From NCBI GenBank assembly GCA_023251515.1, contig JAHEYQ010000017.1, forward strand, positions 274 through 64,273: 64,000 nt of DNA. Reading direction: 5' to 3'. A program made the translations under genes and the position numbers. Of this stretch, positions 51,622-61,246 are shown in pieces (positions within the stretch are counted from its first letter, which is position 1; the number at the start of each line of letters is the position of its first letter). A model generated the notes under the pieces. That model did no database searches. It was not told the origin of the DNA and saw nothing but the letters and a program-made list of their open reading frames with translations. The stretch comes from Bacteroidales bacterium (GTDB lineage Bacteria > Bacteroidota > Bacteroidia > Bacteroidales > JACABE01).

Positions 51622-51646
51622 CAACCCTTTCCGTTTTATCTCGTCT
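51622..51646 (+). promoter_or_regulatory. Candidate ECF-sigma promoter upstream of the C25 protease pair
   Basis: CAAC-N16-CGTCT, about 150 bp upstream of the ATG at 51798. Confidence 0.45.
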
Positions 51647-51797
51647 AAATTGAAACTATTAATACACACTTAGTTAACAACTGATTAACATGCAGTAAAT
51701 GAATAAGATTATAATTTTACATGATTATAAGCAAATTCACTAATTTGTTCATTGAAAGCATATTAAGAATTGACTCTAAATTTAAACTTTATCAAAA

Positions 51798-54700
51798 ATG
51801 AGAAAACTTTACACGTTTTTTATGTTGTTGGTTTGCATAATGCTAACTACCGCAAATGCCCAAATTATTAAAACGGGAATTTTTGAAACAACCAAATTGC
51901 AACTCAAAGAAAATTCAGCAACACGGTTTGTTGTAAAAAATTCTGTTTCAGAGTTTAATATAACAACAGTTGTTACAGAAAAAGGAATGTTCTCAAAAAT
52001 AGAAATGCCGGGATATACACCCGGAAATGAAGTTGGAAAACCAGAATTACCTGTATTAAGAAATCTGATTGAAATTCCTTATGGCGCAAATGTAGTAGTC
52101 AATATCAAAAACGCTGAAGTTAAAACGTTTAACCTTAACTCATTGGGATATAATGGCAAGCTTATTCCTTGTCAGCCTCCTGTTTCAAAAAGTGATAAAG
52201 AAAAGAAACCACTGCAATTAGATAAAAATGAATATGCTAAGAATCAATTGCTTTCGTTACCACTGACAAATGTTGAATATCTTGGAAATATGCGAGGAGT
52301 TAGAATTGCACGCCTTAATATTTCTCCGGTTCAATATAATCCTGTTAGTAATACTATCAAAGTTTATACAAATATTGAAGCTGAAATAAAATTTGAAAAT
52401 GCTGATTTAGCGACTACTAATTCTGAAAAAAACAAAAAGTTTTCACCTTATTTCAGTAGTTTCGAATCAAGATTATTGAATTCAACAAATAAATCTGTAT
52501 TTAAAGATTCAATCTCAAAATATCCTGTAAAATATGTAATTGTTTCTGATCCAATGTTTCAGGCAACTTTACAGCCATTTATACAATGGAAAACCAAAAA
52601 GGGCTTTAAAGTGATAGAAGCTTATACCAATAATGCAGCTGTGGGAAATACAACAACATCTATTAAAAGCTATCTGCAATCATTATATAATGCAGGCACA
52701 GCCTCAGATCCCGCACCAACTTATGTTTTGTTTGTGGGCGATGTTGCTCAGATTCCTGCGTTTACAGGAAGTACAGGTAGTCATGTTACTGATTTGTATT
52801 ATTGTGAATATACCAACGATTTTTTTCCTGAAGTTTATTATGGAAGATTTTCGGCTCAAAATGTAAATCAGTTAACGCCTCAAATTGATAAAACGCTTCA
52901 ATATGAGCAATATATGATGCCTGACAAGTCTTTTTTAAACAATGTTGTAATGATAGCTGGTGTTGATGCAAGTTTTGGTCCAACACATGCTAATGGACAA
53001 GTAAACTATGGTACATCCACTTACTTTAATTCTGCAAATGGATTTAACTGTAGTAGTTATTTGTATCCTGCTTCACAAAATAGTGCAGCCCAGATTATTC
53101 AGAATGTGAGTAATGGAGTTGGTTTTGTAAATTACACTGCACATGGTGGTTCGGATGGTTGGGTTGATCCTGCTTTTAACGTTACTGATGTAGCTGGATT
53201 ACAAAATGAAGGTAAATATCCACTGATGGTTGGAAATTGTTGTGTTACCAATAAATTTGAAGTTTCGGAATGTTTTGGCGAAAGTTTATTAAGAGCCAAT
53301 AAAAAAGGAGCTATCGGATATATCGGTGCTTCAAATAATTCAACTTGGGACGAAGATTTTTGGTGGGCTTGTGGTGTTGGTACTGTTACTGCTAATCCGA
53401 CTTATGCTTCCTTAGGTTTAGGAGCTTTAGATAGAATTATGCATACTCACGGAGAACCTTTTTCTCAATGGTATGTTTCTCAAGGACAAATGATTAATGC
53501 TGGAAATCTGGCAGTAAGTCAGGGTTCTCCTTCAAGTTATGATTATTATTGGGAAATCTATCATTTGATGGGAGATCCTTCTTTGATGCCATATTTTAAA
53601 ATTCCAACTGTAATGAATGCCACTTATATGCCCTTATTGACTTTGGGAAATAGCTCATTTACAGTAAATACCGAAGCGTATGCCTATGTTGCAATTTCGA
53701 TGAATGGTGTACTAAAAGGTGCTGCTATGGCTGATTCAATGGGTGTTGCTATAGTTAATCTGAGTCCGATATCAACACCGGGTACTGTTGATCTTGTTAT
53801 TACCAAACAAAATCGTCAACCCATAATTACAACAATTCCTGTTGCAACTCCAACGGGTCCTTATGTTAATCTGAATAATTTTCAACTAACCGATGCTTCC
53901 GGAAATAACAATCAGGCAGCCGATTATGGTGAAATTATAAAAATAGATGTAAATCTAAAAAATATTGGTGTTGATGTATCTAATAATGTAACTGCCACTT
54001 TATCTTGTAATAACCAGTATATTAATATAACAGATAGTACTGAAATTTATGGAAATATAAACGCAGGAATTGAAAAAAGCGTTACTTCGGCTTATACTTT
54101 TAAAGTTGCTGATTTAGTTCCCGATCAAACAGTTGCAAATTTTACATTGAAAATAAAAGACAATGTGAATAATACATGGAGTTATAACTTCAATATTATT
54201 CTAAATGCACCTGTTTTGAATATTATAAAAATGACAATTTCAGATCCAACTCCGGCAAATAACAATAACAGATTGGATCCGGGCGAAACAGCAAGTTTTA
54301 AATTTGAAGTAAGTAATTCAGGACATGCAGATGCATTAAATACAACAGCAATCTTAAACTCACCAACTTCATTTATATCAATCAATAATCCGAATATTAA
54401 TTTAAATAGTTTTGCAAAAGGCAGTACAAATCAGTTAACTTATACAATCACTGCGAATAATACGACTTCAAATGGTGGTAGCTATTTGCTTAATTTAAAT
54501 CTAAATTCACAACCTTATTCAGTTCAGCAATCTTACAATACTTTTATTGGTATGATGGCTGAAAATTTCGAATCTGCAAATTTTACCAAATACAATTGGG
54601 ATACAGTTGAATCACATCCATGGACTATTACTAATACCGGAGCTTTTGAAGGTAGCTATTGTGCAAAATCAGGTGTAATACCAGATTCTGATACTTCAGC

Positions 54701-55259
54701 ATTTTCAATTTCAATTGACGTATTAACAAACGATAGCATCTCTTTTTACAGAAAAGTATCTTCCGAAAATAATTATGATTATCTCAATTTTTATATTGAC
54801 AATAACAAATCGGGACGTTGGGCTGGTGTTAAAGCATGGGCAAGAGTTGCTTATGCAATTACTCCCGGTCATCATTTATTAAGATGGGAATATGTAAAAG
54901 ATCAATCAACTGCTTCAGGTAGCGATTGTGCATGGGTTGATTTTATTGTTTTTCCTGCTATTCAGTCATTTGTTGGTGTTGATGAACCTAAAATAACAAA
55001 TATATCTGATTTCAGAATTTATCCAAATCCTGCTTCTGACATTATCAATCTGAATTATACTTTACTTGATGAAAATTCAGCAGTTTTGAGAATTTTTAGT
55101 ACAAATGGTCAATTGGTTTATAAAGAGGAAATTGACAAACAGTCAGCTGGAAATTATACTTCAATAGTAAATACTTCTTTTTTAAGCAGAGGGGTTTATT
55201 ATTTAACATTACAATCAAAAAATCAAATACTTACACAAAAATTAATTCTTACTAAATAA
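51798..55259 (+). CDS. C25 (gingipain-family) cysteine protease, Kgp-like, with propeptide, Ig-like repeats and T9SS type A CTD
   Basis: Propeptide GKPELPV, catalytic NYTAHG and GNCCVT, STWDEDFWW, EIYHLMGDPSL, CTD IYPNPA...GVYYL..KLILTK. Confidence 0.88.
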   Translation: MRKLYTFFMLLVCIMLTTANAQIIKTGIFETTKLQLKENSATRFVVKNSVSEFNITTVVTEKGMFSKIEMPGYTPGNEVGKPELPVLRNLIEIPYGANVVVNIKNAEVKTFNLNSLGYNGKLIPCQPPVSKSDKEKKPLQLDKNEYAKNQLLSLPLTNVEYLGNMRGVRIARLNISPVQYNPVSNTIKVYTNIEAEIKFENADLATTNSEKNKKFSPYFSSFESRLLNSTNKSVFKDSISKYPVKYVIVSDPMFQATLQPFIQWKTKKGFKVIEAYTNNAAVGNTTTSIKSYLQSLYNAGTASDPAPTYVLFVGDVAQIPAFTGSTGSHVTDLYYCEYTNDFFPEVYYGRFSAQNVNQLTPQIDKTLQYEQYMMPDKSFLNNVVMIAGVDASFGPTHANGQVNYGTSTYFNSANGFNCSSYLYPASQNSAAQIIQNVSNGVGFVNYTAHGGSDGWVDPAFNVTDVAGLQNEGKYPLMVGNCCVTNKFEVSECFGESLLRANKKGAIGYIGASNNSTWDEDFWWACGVGTVTANPTYASLGLGALDRIMHTHGEPFSQWYVSQGQMINAGNLAVSQGSPSSYDYYWEIYHLMGDPSLMPYFKIPTVMNATYMPLLTLGNSSFTVNTEAYAYVAISMNGVLKGAAMADSMGVAIVNLSPISTPGTVDLVITKQNRQPIITTIPVATPTGPYVNLNNFQLTDASGNNNQAADYGEIIKIDVNLKNIGVDVSNNVTATLSCNNQYINITDSTEIYGNINAGIEKSVTSAYTFKVADLVPDQTVANFTLKIKDNVNNTWSYNFNIILNAPVLNIIKMTISDPTPANNNNRLDPGETASFKFEVSNSGHADALNTTAILNSPTSFISINNPNINLNSFAKGSTNQLTYTITANNTTSNGGSYLLNLNLNSQPYSVQQSYNTFIGMMAENFESANFTKYNWDTVESHPWTITNTGAFEGSYCAKSGVIPDSDTSAFSISIDVLTNDSISFYRKVSSENNYDYLNFYIDNNKSGRWAGVKAWARVAYAITPGHHLLRWEYVKDQSTASGSDCAWVDFIVFPAIQSFVGVDEPKITNISDFRIYPNPASDIINLNYTLLDENSAVLRIFSTNGQLVYKEEIDKQSAGNYTSIVNTSFLSRGVYYLTLQSKNQILTQKLILTK

Positions 55260-55271
55260 TAATTTAGTTTT

Positions 55272-58200
55272 ATGATAACTAAAAGAAATATTCTAATAAT
55301 ATGCTTATTGTTAAGCATTTACATTGTAAATGCTCAAAATACAGTTTCTAAAAAGAACAATGATGTTGCTAAAATTCAGCTGATTTCTTCAGATTTAGAA
55401 ACTTCGATTGTAAAACTTTCTTTTGATAATTTTCAGACTAAAGATATTCAGACTACCAGCGGTTTATCGAAACAAATATCATTAAAAGGTGCAGTGCCAA
55501 TGCTTTTGGCTGGAGCTCCTGAAATGTTGAGTGTATCAACTTCGATAATAATTCCGGATAATGCCGAAATGGATTTAAAAGTGATTTCTGAAGATTACAC
55601 TGATTATCAGAACATAAATATTATTCCATCAAAAGGAAATCTTACCAGAGATATAAATCCTTCTTCCATTTCTTATGTTTATGGAAAACAATATCTTGTA
55701 AATGAGTTCTATCCTGGTAAATTGGCAGAATTGCAAAAACCTTATATTTTAAGAGATTATCGTGGTCAAACCATTTGTTTTTATCCATTTCAGTATAATC
55801 CGATTACTAAAGTTTTAAGGGTTTATCATACTCTTACTGTAAAAGCTACCAATATAGGTATCAGTAATTATAATACTTTGCAGAGAACCAAAGCTTTCTC
55901 TAAAGTTGATGGTGAATTTCAAAATATATATAAATCACAATTTATTAATTCTAATTCAGGAAATAATAAATATACTCCTATTGAAGAAAGTGGTAAAATG
56001 CTGATAATATGCCCAGACCAATTTATGGCTTCTGTAATGCCTTTGGTAAAATGGAGAAATATTTCAGGAATTCCAACACAGATTGTAAGTGTAACAACTG
56101 CAGGTACAACAAATACAGCAATCAAATCATATATTTCTAACTATTATACAACCAATGGATTAACTTATGTGATTTTGGTTGGGGATGTTGCTCAATTACC
56201 AACATTTACAGCTGGTGGCGGAGGTTCAGATAATACTTACGGATATTTACTTGGCAATGATCATTATCCTGAAGTTTTTGTAGGAAGAATTTCTGCTGAA
56301 AGTTTTGTGCATGTGAGTACGCAGGTTCAAAAAATATTGACCTATGAGATGAATCCTTCAAATGGAAATGGTTGGCTGAACAGAGGAACCGGAATTGGCT
56401 CTGCCGAAGGTCCCGGTGATAATAATGAATATGATTATCAACATATCAGAAATATCAGAACCAAACTGATGGCTTACGAAAATGCAGCTTGCAGCGAATT
56501 ATACGATGGTAATCAGGGTGGTGTGGATGCAACGGGAAATCCTACTGCTGCAATGGTTAGCAATGATGTAAATAATGGAGTTGGTGTTATGTATTATACC
56601 GGACACGGTTCAGATAATTCATGGGTAACAACCGGATTTTCAAACACTCAGGTGTCTTCGTTAACAAATACAACTGCCTGGCCGTTTATTTTTTCGGTTG
56701 CCTGTGTAAATGGCAATTTTACTGCGGGAACTTGTTTTGCTGAAGCTTGGATGCGTGCCACATCAAACGAACAGCCTACGGGTGCTGTAGCTACTTTGAT
56801 GTCAACTATCAATCAAAGCTGGAATCCTCCAATGTATGGACAAGATGCTATGATAGATATACTTACAGAGAGTATTCAGGGAAATATCAAAAGAACTTTT
56901 GGTGGAATTTCTATGAATGGATGTATGAAAATGAACGATCAATATACGACTCAGGGTGACGAAATGACAGATACCTGGAATATTTTTGGAGACCCAGCAT
57001 TGATGATCAGAACTGATACAGCAAAGCCAATGAATGTTACTCATAATTCGGTGATCTTTATGGGTACTACTACTTTTGCAGTAAACTGCAATATGGAAGG
57101 TGCAAGAATTACATTGAGTATTAATGATTTGCCTATTGGTTCTGCATTGGTGAGCAATGGAGTCGCTAATATTTCTTTTGCAGCATTAACCAATATTGAT
57201 AGTATTAAAGTTGTTGCAACTGCTTATAATAAAATACCTTATATCGGAACTGTTCAGATTATTGTTCCTTCAGGTCCATTTATTCAGTTAAATTCAAATC
57301 AAATAATTGATATTAATGGAAATAACAATAATATAGCTGATTATAACGAAAATATTTCTTTAAATGTTGATTTGAAAAATTTGGGAGTTGCAACGGCAAA
57401 TAATGTTAATGCAACAATTTCAACTACTGATACTTCTGTAGTTATTACAGATAATCAGCATAGTTGGGGAAATATTAATGCTGGTAATACAAACACTCAG
57501 ATTAACGCTTTTGCTGTTCATATCAAAAATAATATTGCTGATCAGCATCTGGTTAATTTTAATATGACAATTACTGATGCTTCTTCAAATACATGGAATG
57601 CAAATTTCGGATTAACTGTTAATTCTCCGCAATTGATCAGTAATAACTTCATCATAAAAGATAGTATTGTGGGAAACAATAATGGCAAACTCGATCCGGG
57701 TGAAACTGCAGTGATTTTTATTCCATCTTCAAATATCGGACATAGTAATTGCCAGAATGTAAATGCTTTGCTAACCGCTACAAGTCTTTATATAAGTATT
57801 ATAGGCTCAAATACATATAATTTTGCAAATCATAATATCGGATTAAATTATTCGGCAGGGTTTAAAGTAAAAGTAGATTCTGCAGTTCAGATTGGAAGCA
57901 ATGCTGAATTCTCATATAAACTCACTTCCGGTGCGTATCAATCTCAAACTTCATATATTCAGGCTATTGGTTTGGTAAATGAAGATTTTGAATTGGGTAA
58001 TTTTACCAAATTTAATTGGACACAAGGAACTTTTCCATGGACAATAATTACTGCAAATCCTTATGAAGGAACTTATTCTGCCAAATCAGGAGCTATTGCA
58101 AATAGTAAAACTTCGGTATTATCTGTTATGGTTAACGTTACAGCTAATGATACGATTTCTTTTTATAAGAAAACATCTTGTGAAACGTCTTCTCCAAACA

Positions 58201-59126
58201 CTCCATCTTATGATTATCTCGAATTTTTTATCGATAATACTTCAATGGGTCGCTGGGATGGTGAAACTCCCTGGTCGAAATCTGCTTTTGCAATTTCAAC
58301 TGGTGTACACACTTTAAAATGGTCGTATAAGAAAGATAATTACGGTGTTTCGGGTAGTGATTGTGCTTGGATTGATAATATAAAATTTCCGGCAGGATTT
58401 GTTAGCAAATCTCCTTTAAGTTGTATTTTAACAGCTACAGATGACAGTATTTGCGAAAATGAAAGTGTTCAGTTATTGGCTACTACAAATGGCGGACTTG
58501 GTGGTAATTCTTACAATTGGGTATCCAATCCGACAGGAGTAGTAATTTCAGGAGCCAATCCTACTGTTAATCCCACTCAAACAACAACTTATAATTTAAC
58601 TATTACTGATGCAAGTAATGCAACATATAATTCTAATATTACAATATTTGTGATACCAGCACCTTTAGCTGCAAATATAACTCAATCAGGTAATCAGTTG
58701 ATTTCAAGTTCATCTGCTAATAATCAGTGGTTTAATGAAAGTGGGATAATTGCAAACGCAACTTCAAATACATATATACCAACAAATACCGGTACTTATT
58801 ATGTAAAGGTTTTAAATTCGGAAGGGTGTTTATCAATTGCTTCTAATTCTATTTATGTGGGTTTTACCGGTATTGAAGAAAGTGAAACTGATGAAATAAA
58901 AACTTATCCAAATCCTTTTAATAATGAGTTTATTATAAATATTAAATCAATTGAATCAGCTCAAATAAATATTTATAATTCTGTCGGTCAGATTATTGAT
59001 AGCAGGATTTGTAATTGTGGTGAAAATATTAAAATAAATGCAGTAAAATATAATAAAGGTGTTTATTATATTAAGCTAAAAACGAATGATAGAATAACTA
59101 TTAGAAAAATAGTAAAAGTTGATTAA
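55272..59126 (+). CDS. C25 (gingipain-family) cysteine protease, Rgp-like, with propeptide, Ig-like repeats and T9SS type A CTD
   Basis: ILRDYRGQ propeptide, GNDHYPEVFVGR, YTGHGS, VACVNG, MSTINQSW, WNIFGDPAL, CTD TYPNPF...GVYYI..KIVK. Confidence 0.88.
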   Translation: MITKRNILIICLLLSIYIVNAQNTVSKKNNDVAKIQLISSDLETSIVKLSFDNFQTKDIQTTSGLSKQISLKGAVPMLLAGAPEMLSVSTSIIIPDNAEMDLKVISEDYTDYQNINIIPSKGNLTRDINPSSISYVYGKQYLVNEFYPGKLAELQKPYILRDYRGQTICFYPFQYNPITKVLRVYHTLTVKATNIGISNYNTLQRTKAFSKVDGEFQNIYKSQFINSNSGNNKYTPIEESGKMLIICPDQFMASVMPLVKWRNISGIPTQIVSVTTAGTTNTAIKSYISNYYTTNGLTYVILVGDVAQLPTFTAGGGGSDNTYGYLLGNDHYPEVFVGRISAESFVHVSTQVQKILTYEMNPSNGNGWLNRGTGIGSAEGPGDNNEYDYQHIRNIRTKLMAYENAACSELYDGNQGGVDATGNPTAAMVSNDVNNGVGVMYYTGHGSDNSWVTTGFSNTQVSSLTNTTAWPFIFSVACVNGNFTAGTCFAEAWMRATSNEQPTGAVATLMSTINQSWNPPMYGQDAMIDILTESIQGNIKRTFGGISMNGCMKMNDQYTTQGDEMTDTWNIFGDPALMIRTDTAKPMNVTHNSVIFMGTTTFAVNCNMEGARITLSINDLPIGSALVSNGVANISFAALTNIDSIKVVATAYNKIPYIGTVQIIVPSGPFIQLNSNQIIDINGNNNNIADYNENISLNVDLKNLGVATANNVNATISTTDTSVVITDNQHSWGNINAGNTNTQINAFAVHIKNNIADQHLVNFNMTITDASSNTWNANFGLTVNSPQLISNNFIIKDSIVGNNNGKLDPGETAVIFIPSSNIGHSNCQNVNALLTATSLYISIIGSNTYNFANHNIGLNYSAGFKVKVDSAVQIGSNAEFSYKLTSGAYQSQTSYIQAIGLVNEDFELGNFTKFNWTQGTFPWTIITANPYEGTYSAKSGAIANSKTSVLSVMVNVTANDTISFYKKTSCETSSPNTPSYDYLEFFIDNTSMGRWDGETPWSKSAFAISTGVHTLKWSYKKDNYGVSGSDCAWIDNIKFPAGFVSKSPLSCILTATDDSICENESVQLLATTNGGLGGNSYNWVSNPTGVVISGANPTVNPTQTTTYNLTITDASNATYNSNITIFVIPAPLAANITQSGNQLISSSSANNQWFNESGIIANATSNTYIPTNTGTYYVKVLNSEGCLSIASNSIYVGFTGIEESETDEIKTYPNPFNNEFIINIKSIESAQINIYNSVGQIIDSRICNCGENIKINAVKYNKGVYYIKLKTNDRITIRKIVKVD

Positions 59127-59141
59127 CCTTTAATTTAAAAT

Positions 59142-59172
59142 AAAAAAAGCCTGACTTAAGTCGGGCTTTTTT
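59142..59172. terminator. Bidirectional terminator after the C25 pair
   Basis: aaaaaaagcctgact-ta-agtcgggctttttt. Confidence 0.8.
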
Positions 59173-59331
59173 TATGTTATACCAATGTGATTTATAAATT
59201 AGTTCATTTATTAAAGGTATAATGCCGATCAGAAATATGTTATAGTTTCAAGAGCAAAGCGAATTGGACTATTACATATTTCATTTCGGTATTATTATAT
59301 GAATATCAGCAGTATAATAAAATTTATTAGT

Positions 59332-60669
59332 TTAGTCTTTGATAAGATGGTTTTCTTTAAGCAAGTTTAAATCTTTTCCTACTTTATAATTCATTTTTAA
59401 TAATTGTTCTTTGGTTGGTTCTTTTGTTGCTTTAATCATATAATATTCATGTATTAATCTGGCTAATAATACACAAGCTGAACAATTATGAGAAAAAGGT
59501 TTGTAAATATCTTTATATGGCTCGTAAATGATATCAGCCAATTCAAAGGCTTTTTTCTCAGCAAAACAAATGCTAAGATTATCGTTGAAATTATTAATAA
59601 TTTGTAACAAATTGGTATCGTTAATATTACCAAGATTTTCCAATCCCAAACCATACATACACGAACGAACGCCTCCGTTTGGTGAAATGGTAATCATATT
59701 TGGCTGAAAGAAACCTTTTCCCTTGCATTGGCTATTTGTAATCAATTCTTTAAGAGAAAAATTGTTATTATAATGATGTTCAAAGCTAACAGCTCCTCCC
59801 ATATCAACCAAATCCATAGTGATTGGTGTCATATATTTTAATATATTGACTTCCAGGCTTATTTTTACATAATGTAAAAATGAATTCAAATGCTCTTTTA
59901 TTTCGGGTGAGGAAATCAATTCGTAATTTAATCCGATTGTTTCACAAGCCTGAATAATGGTAGTTAATTGCTTAACACCTGCTTTGTCTTTATCAAATCG
60001 GGAATCGAAGCTTAATGCCAATTGATTTAATCCACTCGATTTGAGTTTTTTAATTAAAGATAGTGGTGATGAGAACCTTTGATTGGCTGCTTTAAAGAAA
60101 AATTTGTTTCCCCAGAATGAATTGGTAAACAGTCTGGTAGGAATACCGTAACTTGATGCATACCTGATTAGTTCAAATATGTCGGTTTTTGCAAGTAATG
60201 CTTCGCCACCGGTAAAATTGATTCCATTTTGCAGTAAACCAGCAAAATAAGCATCTGCAATTATTCTTTTTGCATTTTCGAAACTAATTTCTTTGCCATG
60301 GAATTTTTTTCTGACAGTTTTTAGTAAACAATGCGGACAGTTTGAATTGCATTCATAAGTTAATTCAAAATTAAGAGCTTCTATATGACCGAGCGGGAAA
60401 TGTTCGTATTCTTTTTTTGCTTTTTCTGATAATATATCAAATTGAGATTCTGAAACTTCTGATATTTTCAGAAACCCAAGTTCAGCTAATTTTTCAATAT
60501 TTTTATCATCATTAACATTTTTTAATCCAAGCAATCCTTCGTAATAAAGCTGATATAAGGTTTTTGTCAGCTTTTCCGACGAAAGTTTAGCCATTGCCAA
60601 TCTGTTTTTAAGCAAATCGCTTTTAATCAGATTGCAACTGAGATTAGTTAATTGAATCGCTTTAATCAT
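59332..60669 (-). CDS. Radical SAM protein with N-terminal extension and a possible Twitch/SPASM-like C-terminal region; function unknown
   Basis: CNSNCPHC (CxxxCxxC), FTGGEALL, LFTNSFW, later Cys in SQCKG, VRSCMYG and HNCSAC. TAGGTTTG -7 element at 60691-60698. Confidence 0.8.
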   Translation of the reverse strand: MIKAIQLTNLSCNLIKSDLLKNRLAMAKLSSEKLTKTLYQLYYEGLLGLKNVNDDKNIEKLAELGFLKISEVSESQFDILSEKAKKEYEHFPLGHIEALNFELTYECNSNCPHCLLKTVRKKFHGKEISFENAKRIIADAYFAGLLQNGINFTGGEALLAKTDIFELIRYASSYGIPTRLFTNSFWGNKFFFKAANQRFSSPLSLIKKLKSSGLNQLALSFDSRFDKDKAGVKQLTTIIQACETIGLNYELISSPEIKEHLNSFLHYVKISLEVNILKYMTPITMDLVDMGGAVSFEHHYNNNFSLKELITNSQCKGKGFFQPNMITISPNGGVRSCMYGLGLENLGNINDTNLLQIINNFNDNLSICFAEKKAFELADIIYEPYKDIYKPFSHNCSACVLLARLIHEYYMIKATKEPTKEQLLKMNYKVGKDLNLLKENHLIKD

Positions 60670-60738
60670 TTGAAAAATTGTTTTACACTACAAACCTAAG
60701 AATTTTTTTTCAATTAAAGATGTTTTTTTAGTTAAATT

Positions 60739-61152
60739 TTACTTTTCAAAGAAAAAAAAGAAAAAAGCAGCAGCCCATTTTTTATCCACATTAGGCAAAT
60801 AACCTATGGTTTGATAGTTTTGATTCTGAATTTTTCCATCTTTACCCACGTATCCTACGCATTGGTAATTTTGATTTTCTACTCTTCCGTCATCTTTTAT
60901 ATAGCCTATGGTTTGATAGTTTTGATTCTGGATTTTGCCATCTTTAATAATATATCCAATGCATTGGTAATTCTGGTTTTCTACCCTGCCATTATCTTTA
61001 ATATATCCAATAGTTTGATAATTACTATTTTGAATTCTGCCATCAGTATTTATATAACCAACTGTTTGATAGTTTTGATTTTGAGCTCTTTGTTGTGTAA
61101 ATCCGATTATTGTTATAAACAATAAAATAAGTGTTATAATTGTTTTCTTCAT
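60739..61152 (-). CDS. Secreted small protein of 17-aa tandem repeats (resembles Bacteroidetes 5-fold beta-flower proteins)
   Basis: Signal peptide, five full plus one partial [QE]NQNYQ[TC]IGYIxxDG[RK][IV] repeats, C-terminal AAAFFFFFF. Confidence 0.65.
   Translation of the reverse strand: MKKTIITLILLFITIIGFTQQRAQNQNYQTVGYINTDGRIQNSNYQTIGYIKDNGRVENQNYQCIGYIIKDGKIQNQNYQTIGYIKDDGRVENQNYQCVGYVGKDGKIQNQNYQTIGYLPNVDKKWAAAFFFFFFEK
60790..61085 (-). repeat. 51-bp tandem repeats with 102-bp higher-order periodicity
   Basis: Recurring ttgatagttttgatt and gcattggtaatt motifs alternate every 51 bp. Confidence 0.8.
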
Positions 61153-61177
61153 TTTCTGAAATGGATTATTAGTGCAT

Positions 61178-61228
61178 AAAAAAATCCGAAATCACTACAG
61201 CAAAATTTTTGCCAAAGTGTTTCGGATT
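61178..61228 (-). terminator. Long interrupted-stem terminator of frr
   Basis: aatccgaaa...cact...gcaaa/tttgc...agtg...tttcggatt, with a T7 run on the minus strand. Confidence 0.65.
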
Positions 61229-61246
61229 AATAAGTTTGCGACGATG

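Noticed and set aside
59127-59331. CRISPR repeat or tracrRNA hinted by gttatagtttcaagagc
   Set aside because: Single copy, no spacer array and no cas genes. No CRISPR array was seen anywhere in the window.
60739-61152. RiPP precursor for the radical SAM enzyme as a firm call
   Set aside because: It has a Sec signal and resembles a folded repeat family, and the radical SAM gene has its own promoter element. Kept only as a weak possibility.
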